Origin: a virus
Length of the DNA stretch: 64,000 bases
Virus record (IMG/VR): IMGVR_UViG_3300036770_004732
Location: 32,001 to 96,000 of that record
Strand: one strand, 5' to 3'
Every line of letters starts with the position of its first letter. Position 1 is the first letter of the stretch. Both the position numbers and the translations under genes were made by a program. Positions 37,162 to 46,927 of the stretch are shown here, piece after piece. Below the pieces are notes generated by a model. That model made no database searches, was not told the DNA's origin, and was given only the letters and a program-made list of their open reading frames with translations.

Positions 37162-40100
37162 TTATGCGAAGTTTACTAAGTTTGCTAGTACAACAAATGT
37201 TGCACTTCCAGTTTTAATTATACTATATGAATAAACATCATATCCACCAGAACCACCTGTAGTTGGTGCAGAACCACCTAACCATTCTTCAGTCACTGCA
37301 GAACCATCAATAGTCAATTCTGCAGAATATCCTGCTGCGGCCGCCGTTGTTATAATGGTAATAGATATACTTTCACCAGTATCCATTTTAGAATCTAAAG
37401 AATTGGAAGCATCATATCTAATGTTTGGCGTTGATGTTGTAGTTTCAGTAGTGGTAAATAAATGAACCATTCCATTTGCAAGATCAATATTAGTATTATC
37501 ACTTAATTTACCTGCAGTAATATTTACAGACTCTTTAAGAAGTGCAGAAACATCTAATGCACCAGATAATGTTGTTGCAGTTACAATACCAGTAACATTA
37601 AAATTACCAGTTCCAGTAATATCTTTACTATTAAGATCTAAATTACCACCAAGTTGTGGAGTGGTGTCATCAACAACATCTGCAAGTCCACTTAATTGTG
37701 CAATAGATATTCCATCATAAGCAACAGTTTCAACAATATCATCAGTTGATGCTCCAGTTGTTAATGTTACACTAGTTCCATTTGATGCAGCATATTCTGT
37801 ATTATCAAGTTTTACACCATTTAAATATACATCAATGTATCCAACAGTATACGACAATCCAGTAAATTCAGTCTGATCATTTGTTGCTGTAAAACTAGTT
37901 ACAGTTCTTGTTGTAGTTGGAATAGTAATATCAGTGACAGATCCATCATCTGCCATTGTAATTCCCGTACCAACAAAGTTTAGTGTTGATGCACTTGCAG
38001 TAATTTCAGTTCCACCAGACTGAATTCCAATTGCTCCACCACCGCCAGAAATAGTAACTGTAGCAATACCAGTAGAATAAGTAGCAGCAACTCCAGAACC
38101 AACAAAATTAAATGTTGTTGCAGCAGTACCTATAATAATACCTTCATCCTTTACGGTAATATCAGATCCACCTCCTCCACTACTAATCGTTACAGTTACT
38201 TCAGAATTATTTCCAGTAGCAGCAACTCCAGAACCAACAAAATTAATACTAGTTACTGCAGTACCAAGAACACTTCCTTCATCTTTGATTGTAACTGATC
38301 CTCCACCTTCACCAGATCCAGCAGGTCCTTGAACACCTTGGAGACCTTGAAGTCCTTGAGCACCTTGAGCACCTTGAGCACCTTGAGCACCTTGAGCACC
38401 TTGAGCACCTTGAAGTCCTTGGAGACCTTGTAAAGAATTAGCAGTTAAATCTCTAATAGAAACAGTTCCACCCATTCCAGAGTGAACTTCACAATAGTAA
38501 TAAATTGTGCTTGGAGAATCATAAGGAACGACAAATGTTGCTAATCCATCACTTCCAGCAGTTCCAGAATAAGTCCATCCAGAAGTGTATTGTGTTCCAG
38601 CATTATGTGTACCATCACTAGTAGTTGATAATGCAAAAGGATGACCACTGTTAGAAGCATCTGATTGATCAAAATTATATTTTTGACCTCTTAATAAACT
38701 AATCGTATCTTGTTGAACTCCATCAACATAAAATACTCCACCAGAAACAGTAATTGTGTAAGTTTTTGCAGTTATTTGTTCCCCAATTAGTCCCTGAAGA
38801 CCTTGAGTTCCCTGAAGACCTTGAGTTCCCTGAAGACCTTGTAGTCCCTGAAGACCTTGAGTTCCCTGATCACCTTGAAGACCTTGAAGACCTTGAAGAC
38901 CTTGAGTTCCCTGAAGACCTTGAGTTCCCTGATCACCTTGTAGTCCCTGAAGACCTTGAGTTCCTTGGAGACCTTGAGTTCCTTGGAGACCTTGAGTTCC
39001 TTGGAGACCTTGAGTACCTTGATCACCTTGAAGACCTTGGAGACCCTGTGTTCCTTGATCACCTTGAAGACCTTGGAGACCTTGAGTTCCTTGAAGTCCT
39101 TGAAGTCCTTGAAGACCTTGAGTTCCCTGATCACCTTGAAGACCTTGAGTTCCTTGAAGACCTTGTAGACCTTGAAGTCCTTGAAGTCCTTGAGTTCCTT
39201 GATCACCTTGAAGTCCTTGAGCACCTTGTGATCCTGTTGATCCAATACCTATAATTCCTTGAAGACCTTGGAGACCTTGAAGACCTTGAGCACCTTGAGT
39301 ACCTTGATCTCCCTGAAGTCCTTGAGAACCTTGAAGTCCTTGAATACCTTGAAGTCCTTGAATACCTTGAAGTCCTTGAATACCTTGATCTCCCTGAAGT
39401 CCTTGAGAACCTTGAAGACCTTGAAGACCTTGAGTTCCTTGGAGACCTTGAGTTCCTTGATCACCTTGAAGTCCTTGGAGACCTTGAGTTCCTTGATCAC
39501 CTTGAAGTCCTTGGAGACCTTGAGTTCCTTGGAGACCTTGAGTTCCTTGGAGACCCTGCAATCCTTGAAGACCCTGAGTTCCTTGGAGACCTTGGAGACC
39601 TTGAAGTCCTTGAGTACCTTGAATGCCTTGAAGACCTTGAAGTCCTTGAAGTCCTTGAGTTCCTTGATCACCTTGAAGACCTTGAGCACCTTGTAAACCA
39701 GCATCATAAGGATCTGTCCAAGAAACTCCAGTGCCAGTAGAAACAAGTATCTGTCCAGAACCACCTTTCTGATGATCACTATCATAAAATCCACCATGAA
39801 CATCGAGATCACCACCAACTGATAATGCAGTGCCTTGTTCCATATGGGTAATACCAATACCCATACCATAATTGGTTAACCAAGCATCTGTTCCAAGTCC
39901 AGAGAAAGTACCAGACTTAAACCACATAATCTTCTTATATGTTGCTGGTAATGTTTCAATTCCTGCAACATTCAAAGTTATTAATGGAGATCCTTCTGTA
40001 GATGCAATTGCAATACCACCATGATTTGCAGTTGTATCGTTAGAAATATCATTAAGATTTGCATCCGTTCTAACTCCAAGGATCAGATCAGGATCAGAAA

Positions 40101-43100
40101 CTTTTAAGGTTTCTGCAAATATAGTCGCAGAAGTTCCGCCAATAGTTACATTTCCATCAACATACAAGTTACGTACAACAGTTAAGTCTCTACCAACTGT
40201 TAAATCATTACCATCGAAAGTTAAATTAGAAGATCCTGCTGGATTATTTGATCCATCTTTATAAACAACTTCACCAGCAAGTCCTGCCACTGGGCCAGTA
40301 GTTCCTTGAAGTCCTTGAAGTCCTTGAGTTCCTTGAAGACCTTGTAGACCTTGAAGTCCTTGAGTTCCTTGAAGTCCTTGAAGACCTTGAGTTCCCTGAT
40401 CACCTTGAAGACCTTGAGTTCCTTGAAGACCTTGTAGACCTTGGAGACCTTGAGTTCCTTGAAGTCCTTGAAGTCCTTGAAGACCTTGAGTTCCTTGAAG
40501 TCCTTGAAGTCCTTGAAGTCCTTGAAGTCCTTGAGTTCCTTGATCACCTTGAAGACCTTGAGCACCTTGTGATCCTGTTGATCCGATACCTATAATACCT
40601 TGAGTTCCTTGAAGACCTTGTAGACCTTGAAGTCCTTGAGTTCCTTGAAGACCTTGTAGACCTTGGAGACCTTGAGTTCCTTGAAGTCCTTGAAGTCCTT
40701 GAAGACCTTGAGTTCCCTGATCACCTTGAAGACCTTGAGTTCCTTGAAGACCTTGTAGACCTTGAAGTCCTTGAAGTCCTTGAGTTCCTTGATCACCTTG
40801 AAGACCTTGAGCACCTTGTGATCCTGTTGATCCGATACCTATGATTCCTTGAGTTCCTTGAAGACCTTGTAGACCTTGAAGACCTTGAGTTCCCTGATCA
40901 CCTTGAAGACCTTGGAGACCTTGAGTTCCTTGAAGTCCTTGAAGACCCTGAGTTCCTTGAAGACCTTGAAGACCTTGTAGACCTTGAAGTCCTTGAGTTC
41001 CTTGATCACCTTGAAGACCTTGAGCACCTTGTGATCCTGTTGATCCGATACCTATAATACCTTGAGTTCCTTGAAGACCTTGTAGACCTTGAAGTCCTTG
41101 AGTTCCTTGAAGACCTTGTAGACCTTGAAGTCCTTGAGTTCCTTGAAGACCTTGAAGACCTTGAGTTCCTTGAAGTCCTTGAGTTCCCTGATCACCTTGA
41201 AGACCTTGGAGACCTTGAGTTCCTTGAAGACCTTGAAGACCTTGAGTTCCTTGAAGACCTTGAATTCCTTGAAGACCTTGAGTACCTTGGAGACCCTGAG
41301 TTCCTTGAAGTCCTTGAGTTCCTTGATCACCTTGAAGACCTTGAGCACCTTGTGATCCTGTTGATCCGATACCTATAATACCTTGAGTACCTTGGAGACC
41401 CTGAGTTCCTTGAAGACCTTGGAGACCTTGAAGACCCTGAGTTCCTTGAAGACCTTGAAGACCTTGAAGACCTTGAGTACCTTGGAGACCTTGAAGACCT
41501 TGAAGACCTTGAGTTCCTTGATCACCTTGGAGACCTTGAGCACCTTGTGATCCTGTTGATCCAATACCTATAATTCCTTGAAGACCTTGGAGACCCTGAG
41601 TTCCTTGAAGACCTTGGAGACCTTGAAGACCTTGAGTTCCTTGATCACCTTGAAGACCTTGAAGACCTTGAGTTCCTTGATCACCTTGAAGACCTTGAAG
41701 ACCTTGAACTCCTTGAAGTCCTTGAGTGCCTTGAAGACCTTGAGTACCTTGAAGACCTTGAGTTCCTTGATCACCTTGAAGACCTTGGAGACCTTGGAGA
41801 CCTTGAAGACCTTGAAGACCTTGAGTACCTTGAAGACCTTGAGTTCCTTGATCACCTTGAAGACCTTGAGTACCTTGGAGACCTTGGAGACCTTGGAGAC
41901 CTTGAGTTCCTTGATCACCTTGAAGACCTTGAAGACCTTGAGTACCTTGAAGACCTTGGAGACCTTGGAGACCTTGAAGACCTTGAGTTCCTTGAAGACC
42001 TTGAGTTCCTTGGAGACCTTGAGTTCCTTGATCACCTTGAAGACCTTGGAGACCCTGAGTTCCTTGATCTCCTTGGAGACCCTGAAGACCTTGAAGTCCT
42101 TGGAGACCTTGAGTTCCTTGATCTCCTTGGAGACCCTGAGTTCCTTGTCCACCACCACCCTGAAGACCTTGTAAACCTTGAGTTCCTTGAGTTCCTTGAG
42201 GGCCTCTAACACTACCAACATTATTCCAGTCTGCTCCATCATAAACCCATAGATTTCCGGTATTACTATCAATAACACCATCACCAGAACCAGCAGAGGG
42301 AAATGCATTATCAAGTTCAGTTTGTTCATTTCCCTCACTTAATGCTAGAGAACCAATAATAGTAATAGATGTTCCATCATCACCTTTATCTCCCTTTGGT
42401 CCAAGAAGACCTTGAGTACCCTGAAGTCCTTGAGTACCTTGATCACCTTGAAGACCCTGAGTTCCTTGATCACCTTGAAGACCTTGGAGACCTTGAGTTC
42501 CTTGATGACCTTGAGTTCCTTGATCACCTTGAAGACCTTGAGTTCCTTGATCACCCTGGAGACCTTGAAGACCTTGAGTTCCTTGATCACCCTGGAGACC
42601 TTGGAGACCTTGAGTTCCTTGATCACCTTGAAGACCTTGAAGACCTTGAGTACCTTGAAGACCTTGGAGACCTTGAGTTCCTTGATCACCTTGGAGACCT
42701 TGGAGACCTTGAAGACCTTGAGTTCCTTGAAGACCTTGAGTTCCTTGGAGACCTTGAGTTCCTTGATCACCTTGAAGACCTTGGAGACCCTGAGTTCCTT
42801 GATCACCTTGAAGTCCTTGGAGACCTTGAGTTCCTTGATCACCTTGGAGACCTTGGAGACCTTGAAGACCTTGAGTTCCTTGAAGACCTTGAGTTCCTTG
42901 GAGACCTTGAGTTCCTTGATCACCTTGAAGACCTTGGAGACCCTGAGTTCCTTGATCACCTTGAAGTCCTTGGAGACCTTGAAGACCTTGAGTTCCTTGA
43001 TCACCTTGAAGACCTTGAGTTCCTTGATCACCTTGAAGACCTTGAGTTCCTTGTGATCCTGTTGATCCGATACCTATGATTCCTTGAGTTCCTTGAAGAC

Positions 43101-44100
43101 CTTGAAGACCTTGGAGACCTTGAATTCCTTGATCACCTTGAAGACCTTGGGCACCTTGAGATCCTGTTGATCCGATACCTATGATTCCTTGAGTTCCTTG
43201 AAGACCTTGAGTACCTTGAGTACCTTGAGTACCTTGAAGTCCTTGAGTACCTTGAGTTCCTTGGAGACCTTGAGTTCCTTGATCACCTTGAAGTCCTTGG
43301 AGACCTTGAGTTCCTTGAAGACCTTGAGCACCTTGTGATCCTGTTGATCCTATACCTATAATTCCTTGAAGACCTTGGAGACCTTGAAGACCTTGGGCAC
43401 CTTGAGATCCTGTTGATCCTATACCTATAATTCCTTGGAGACCTTGAGTTCCTTGATCACCTTGAAGACCTTGAAGACCTTGAAGACCTTGAGTTCCTTG
43501 ATCACCTTGGAGACCTTGGAGACCTTGAGTTCCTTGATCACCTTGAAGACCTTGGGCACCTTGAGATCCTGTTGATCCTATACCTATAATTCCTTGGAGA
43601 CCTTGAAGACCTTGAGTTCCTTGATCACCTTGAAGACCTTGGAGACCTTGGAGACCTTGAAGACCTTGAGTACCTTGAAGACCTTGAGTTCCTTGATCAC
43701 CTTGAAGACCTTGGGCACCTTGAGATCCTGTTGATCCTATACCTATAATTCCTTGGAGACCTTGGAGACCTTGAGTTCCTTGATGACCTTGAGTTCCTTG
43801 ATCACCTTGAAGACCTTGAGTACCTTGATCACCTTGAAGACCTTGGAGACCTTGAGTTCCTTGATCACCTTGAAGTCCTTGAGCACCTTGTGATCCTGTT
43901 GATCCAATACCTATAATTCCTTGAAGACCTTGGAGACCTTGAGTTCCTTGAAAATTACTTAATGATCCTTGCGTTCCTTGTCCACCTAAAATACCATCAG
44001 ATCCTCTAGATCCTTGAAGACCTTGTGTTCCCTGTGTTCCAGAGGTACTAGAAATTACTTTTATACTATCTTCTTGGCCTACTCTAACTCTTATAGACAT
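37162..44100 (-). CDS. Giant collagen-like (Gly-X-Gln) tail fibre/appendage protein, 2312 aa
   Basis: Long GLQ/GTQ/GDQ triplet blocks separated by globular domains; C-terminal cyanophage fibre motifs (DVYLNGVKL, DTTPQLGGNLD, YDVYSYSIIKTG..F.VLA). Confidence 0.88.
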   Translation of the reverse strand: MSIRVRVGQEDSIKVISSTSGTQGTQGLQGSRGSDGILGGQGTQGSLSNFQGTQGLQGLQGIIGIGSTGSQGAQGLQGDQGTQGLQGLQGDQGTQGLQGDQGTQGHQGTQGLQGLQGIIGIGSTGSQGAQGLQGDQGTQGLQGTQGLQGLQGLQGLQGDQGTQGLQGLQGIIGIGSTGSQGAQGLQGDQGTQGLQGLQGDQGTQGLQGLQGLQGDQGTQGLQGIIGIGSTGSQGAQGLQGLQGLQGIIGIGSTGSQGAQGLQGTQGLQGLQGDQGTQGLQGTQGTQGLQGTQGTQGTQGLQGTQGIIGIGSTGSQGAQGLQGDQGIQGLQGLQGLQGTQGIIGIGSTGSQGTQGLQGDQGTQGLQGDQGTQGLQGLQGLQGDQGTQGLQGLQGDQGTQGLQGTQGLQGTQGLQGLQGLQGDQGTQGLQGLQGDQGTQGLQGLQGDQGTQGLQGTQGLQGTQGLQGLQGLQGDQGTQGLQGLQGTQGLQGLQGDQGTQGLQGLQGDQGTQGLQGLQGDQGTQGLQGDQGTQGHQGTQGLQGLQGDQGTQGLQGDQGTQGLQGTQGLLGPKGDKGDDGTSITIIGSLALSEGNEQTELDNAFPSAGSGDGVIDSNTGNLWVYDGADWNNVGSVRGPQGTQGTQGLQGLQGGGGQGTQGLQGDQGTQGLQGLQGLQGLQGDQGTQGLQGLQGDQGTQGLQGTQGLQGTQGLQGLQGLQGLQGTQGLQGLQGDQGTQGLQGLQGLQGTQGLQGDQGTQGLQGTQGLQGLQGLQGLQGLQGDQGTQGLQGTQGLQGTQGLQGVQGLQGLQGDQGTQGLQGLQGDQGTQGLQGLQGLQGTQGLQGLQGIIGIGSTGSQGAQGLQGDQGTQGLQGLQGLQGTQGLQGLQGLQGTQGLQGLQGLQGTQGLQGTQGIIGIGSTGSQGAQGLQGDQGTQGLQGTQGLQGTQGLQGIQGLQGTQGLQGLQGTQGLQGLQGDQGTQGLQGTQGLQGLQGTQGLQGLQGLQGTQGLQGLQGLQGTQGIIGIGSTGSQGAQGLQGDQGTQGLQGLQGLQGLQGTQGLQGLQGTQGLQGLQGDQGTQGLQGLQGLQGTQGIIGIGSTGSQGAQGLQGDQGTQGLQGLQGLQGLQGTQGLQGDQGTQGLQGLQGLQGTQGLQGLQGLQGTQGLQGLQGLQGTQGIIGIGSTGSQGAQGLQGDQGTQGLQGLQGLQGLQGTQGLQGLQGLQGTQGLQGLQGLQGTQGLQGDQGTQGLQGLQGTQGLQGLQGLQGTQGLQGLQGTTGPVAGLAGEVVYKDGSNNPAGSSNLTFDGNDLTVGRDLTVVRNLYVDGNVTIGGTSATIFAETLKVSDPDLILGVRTDANLNDISNDTTANHGGIAIASTEGSPLITLNVAGIETLPATYKKIMWFKSGTFSGLGTDAWLTNYGMGIGITHMEQGTALSVGGDLDVHGGFYDSDHQKGGSGQILVSTGTGVSWTDPYDAGLQGAQGLQGDQGTQGLQGLQGLQGIQGTQGLQGLQGLQGTQGLQGLQGLQGTQGLQGTQGLQGLQGDQGTQGLQGLQGDQGTQGLQGTQGLQGLQGSQGLQGDQGIQGLQGIQGLQGIQGLQGSQGLQGDQGTQGAQGLQGLQGLQGIIGIGSTGSQGAQGLQGDQGTQGLQGLQGLQGLQGTQGLQGDQGTQGLQGLQGLQGTQGLQGLQGDQGTQGLQGLQGDQGTQGLQGTQGLQGTQGLQGTQGLQGLQGDQGTQGLQGTQGLQGLQGLQGDQGTQGLQGLQGLQGTQGLQGTQGLQGLIGEQITAKTYTITVSGGVFYVDGVQQDTISLLRGQKYNFDQSDASNSGHPFALSTTSDGTHNAGTQYTSGWTYSGTAGSDGLATFVVPYDSPSTIYYYCEVHSGMGGTVSIRDLTANSLQGLQGLQGAQGAQGAQGAQGAQGAQGLQGLQGVQGPAGSGEGGGSVTIKDEGSVLGTAVTSINFVGSGVAATGNNSEVTVTISSGGGGSDITVKDEGIIIGTAATTFNFVGSGVAATYSTGIATVTISGGGGAIGIQSGGTEITASASTLNFVGTGITMADDGSVTDITIPTTTRTVTSFTATNDQTEFTGLSYTVGYIDVYLNGVKLDNTEYAASNGTSVTLTTGASTDDIVETVAYDGISIAQLSGLADVVDDTTPQLGGNLDLNSKDITGTGNFNVTGIVTATTLSGALDVSALLKESVNITAGKLSDNTNIDLANGMVHLFTTTETTTSTPNIRYDASNSLDSKMDTGESISITIITTAAAAGYSAELTIDGSAVTEEWLGGSAPTTGGSGGYDVYSYSIIKTGSATFVVLANLVNFA
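38330..44040. repeat. 9-bp-period coding tandem repeats (e.g. CAAGGTCTT, CAAGGAACT, CAAGGTGAT) of the collagen gene
   Basis: Visible ccttgaaga/ccttgagtt/ccttgatca arrays in several blocks. Confidence 0.95.
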
Positions 44101-44151
44101 TATGGTATTCTAAAAAAAATTTAGAGATCTTACACAAAGACCTATTTTCTA

Positions 44152-44159
44152 TATTTATA
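44152..44159 (-). promoter_or_regulatory. T4-type late promoter for the collagen/propeller operon
   Basis: TATAAATA about 50 nt upstream of the collagen ATG. Confidence 0.7.
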
Positions 44160-44236
44160 AGAAGCTAAAACAAGTAATTTTTATTGTTTCCACCAAACAA
44201 ATCCAACAATAATATAGTTCATCAATTAAAGTTATT

Positions 44237-44428
44237 TTATCGTTTATTTTTTTTCTCACAAGCACTTCTTGCCCAAGCACGACTTAAACTATTTACATAA
44301 GAACAAGGTTTTTGTTTTTTACCACAATGAGGACAAACAGCATCTGGAGGATCTTTAATGTATCCCTCAGGAGTATACATTTTTTTCTTTTTTTGATTTT
44401 CTGTTTGTTTTCTTTTTCTATGGTTCAT
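44237..44428 (-). CDS. Small basic Cys-containing hypothetical protein
   Basis: ORF track; CPHC...C...C pattern. Confidence 0.5.
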   Translation of the reverse strand: MNHRKRKQTENQKKKKMYTPEGYIKDPPDAVCPHCGKKQKPCSYVNSLSRAWARSACEKKNKR

Positions 44429-44718
44429 ACAATCACAGGATCTCCTGCACCTTCAGAAAGTTTTTTAACATAAGGTCTAAGTTGATCAACTTTACCAGCA
44501 GGCAGTCCAATTTGTCCAGGAAGTTGGTTATCAGTCGTTGAAGTTATATCAATCACTTGATCCATAATAAAACGATGACGACTATAAGAGCGATTATGAG
44601 GATCAAAACTAACCATCATAATTGCATCATTAATATCTCCACAATGAGAAATAACTCTTCCTGTTCTATTCTCTGTTACGATCCAATATTCGTTCATCAT
44701 TTTCATTCTTTTTACCAT
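44425..44718 (-). CDS. Hypothetical protein
   Basis: ORF track; 4-nt overlap with the next gene. Confidence 0.55.
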   Translation of the reverse strand: MVKRMKMMNEYWIVTENRTGRVISHCGDINDAIMMVSFDPHNRSYSRHRFIMDQVIDITSTTDNQLPGQIGLPAGKVDQLRPYVKKLSEGAGDPVIV

Positions 44719-44802
44719 TATAAATTATATAAGGTTTTCTGTAAAGTCCAGGCCAAGTATCTCTAATAATTTCTGCAAGTTTATAAGAAGTTTCAGATGT
44801 AA

Positions 44803-45516
44803 TCATTTATATTTTTCTAGTGAGTAAATTCCATTTTTTTCCACAATCGCAGAGCAAGTATCCACAAAATCTCCACAACACATATAAGTGATTTTACCAA
44901 AGTTGCGTATATTTGCCGAGTGTATATGCCCACAAATCACACCAGAATATTTTTTGTCTCTTTGAGCACAATAGGAGGCAATATCAGTCTCATATTGATT
45001 GATATAATTTTTTCCCCTTACACTATTCTTCAAGGCATAGACTAATGAAAATTTGAAAAATCTTTCCAACCACAAACTCAGTGGTGTGATAATTTCATAA
45101 CCCTTGTTGAATATTAATTGTTTCCAAGACCCAGAAGAAAACTCAGAATACTTATCTCCATGAACACAAAAAAACTTATTCCCATTTGAATCTTCGTGAA
45201 TATACTCATCCACCATTCGGAAATTCTTATGTTTGAAATCACAATACCGACGAATCTGACCTTCATGATTTCCAAGAATATAAACAATCTCTGTGCCTTT
45301 CTTAGCAAGATTTAGAAGTTGATGGACACACTCAGTATGCTCCTTTGTCCAACGAGTATTATATTTTTCCATACAATAGATATCAATAATATCACCTACC
45401 ATTACTAACTTTTTGGTTTTTAGATTTTTAATAAAGTTATAAAATCTTTTAGTATCACATCTAGGAGTTCCTAGGTGAACATCAGAAATAAAAACTGCAT
45501 CGTAAGTCATAATCAA
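44803..45516 (-). CDS. Calcineurin-like metallophosphoesterase (UDP-2,3-diacylglucosamine hydrolase-like)
   Basis: ISDVHLG, GDIID, GNHE, HGD and CGHIH motifs. Confidence 0.85.
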   Translation of the reverse strand: MIMTYDAVFISDVHLGTPRCDTKRFYNFIKNLKTKKLVMVGDIIDIYCMEKYNTRWTKEHTECVHQLLNLAKKGTEIVYILGNHEGQIRRYCDFKHKNFRMVDEYIHEDSNGNKFFCVHGDKYSEFSSGSWKQLIFNKGYEIITPLSLWLERFFKFSLVYALKNSVRGKNYINQYETDIASYCAQRDKKYSGVICGHIHSANIRNFGKITYMCCGDFVDTCSAIVEKNGIYSLEKYK

Positions 45517-45674
45517 TATCTTGATGGTGTGTAGTCAAGGTCTCCTATAATATCTTCCAACATTTCTCCATATTCTTTAAATCTTCTATCGCCAGCAATA
45601 AAGCATCTTTGACGCATCCATACCGCATCGGCAAGAAGTTTTACTTGATCTTCTGTGAGGGTTAGGGTTTTCAT
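45513..45674 (-). CDS. Small hypothetical protein
   Basis: MKTLTLTEDQVKLLADAVWMRQR...; an internal ATG is the more plausible start. Confidence 0.55.
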   Translation of the reverse strand: MKTLTLTEDQVKLLADAVWMRQRCFIAGDRRFKEYGEMLEDIIGDLDYTPSRY

Positions 45675-45708
45675 TTTTAGTATTGCAACTCTTATATGTA
45701 TAAAATTG

Positions 45709-46080
45709 TCAATATCTAATATTTTTTCTTGGTCTATATGCATAAAGATTTGTTGGTTTGAGTGGAGTCATCCACTCTTCTATAATATTAAATTTCTCTT
45801 CACAATAAAAATCTTGCTGCACGTACCACAACTTCCAATGTTCATGTCCTTTTGATTGATTACAAGGTTTGCAACAACACACTACATTTCTTGTTATATC
45901 TAGTCCACCTTTAGATTGTGGAATAACGTGGTCCAAAGTCAAATCTTCTTCTGAATCACAGTAAGCACATTTATGATTCCAACTTTCTTTTATTTGTTTT
46001 CTCCATAATCGTTTTGCTTCTGACTGACTTGTTGCTTGAAGATTGAACAAGTATTCTTGAGGCGACTGGAGAGGTCCCAT
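45709..46080 (-). CDS. HNH endonuclease
   Basis: CAYC...LTLDHVIP.SKGG....N.V.CC..CN..K. Confidence 0.9.
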   Translation of the reverse strand: MGPLQSPQEYLFNLQATSQSEAKRLWRKQIKESWNHKCAYCDSEEDLTLDHVIPQSKGGLDITRNVVCCCKPCNQSKGHEHWKLWYVQQDFYCEEKFNIIEEWMTPLKPTNLYAYRPRKNIRY

Positions 46081-46103
46081 AAGTGCTTGCGACTTATGGT
46101 TAT

Positions 46104-46769
46104 TTATTTCACAAAGTACATGCGGCGGCGATACTGTTCACCTGGACAGTTTTCTAGATGCTCAATCTCCTCATCTGGAAGGAAGTTCACACCACCAAGA
46201 AGTTTAGCACCAATAAAGATTTCTGCAGATTTTTCACACATCAAAGTCGCAGATGCACAATCCTTTTGATAAGGCGATGCAGTGATAATACCATGATTCT
46301 CTAGAAGAATCAACTTGGGAAAGTAACCGTGTTGATCTACAAACTCACCCACATACTTCTCTACATTTTGAAGTAGTCGAGCACCAGGAGGAGCATAAGG
46401 AACCAAACAAGATATTGCGCCGTTTCTTACAATCTGGTCTGGAAACCAACGTTGTACAGCGAAATCATTAGCCGCAGGAGAGCAGAGTATCTGTGTAGTC
46501 TTTGGTGGATGTGTATGTGCAATATAATTGATTTCTGGGAAATGCTTCATAATCCAAGCATGGAAAAGCACTTCAATACTTGGTTTCTTATGAGATAATT
46601 CTATTTGTGCTCCATTAGTATTACACAAAGTCAAATCTTCTTCTGATAGTGTATGAAGACTTGTGCCACTTGCTTTGATTAGAAAAGTATCTTCTGTTTG
46701 TCTCTCTGATACATTACCTTCACCACAGATAGTATAGTCAGCAATCGTGTGTGCTAAGTCTAGAAGCAT
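46104..46769 (-). CDS. Class II aldolase/adducin family protein
   Basis: EGNVS.R, IKASG, PS.E..FH, AHTHP, VPY..PG and LLENHG. Confidence 0.88.
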   Translation of the reverse strand: MLLDLAHTIADYTICGEGNVSERQTEDTFLIKASGTSLHTLSEEDLTLCNTNGAQIELSHKKPSIEVLFHAWIMKHFPEINYIAHTHPPKTTQILCSPAANDFAVQRWFPDQIVRNGAISCLVPYAPPGARLLQNVEKYVGEFVDQHGYFPKLILLENHGIITASPYQKDCASATLMCEKSAEIFIGAKLLGGVNFLPDEEIEHLENCPGEQYRRRMYFVK

Positions 46770-46927
46770 CGTTAAGTATTGTAAAATTGTATTTAGAAAT
46801 TGTATCAGATATTCAAAAAAGTTTTGTTGTGATTTCTACAAATAGTTAATAATGATAATGGTCTGTGAGTGATAGAAAAAACAAAAAGAAACCGAATGCT
46901 ATGAAGAATATTAGAATTGGGAGCATT

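Noticed and set aside
38754-43079. Many alternative-frame and antisense ORFs (KVFKEL..., LKTLSS..., LEDLEF...) inside the collagen gene
   Set aside because: They are by-products of the 9-bp repeat lacking stops in other frames; there is no independent coding evidence.
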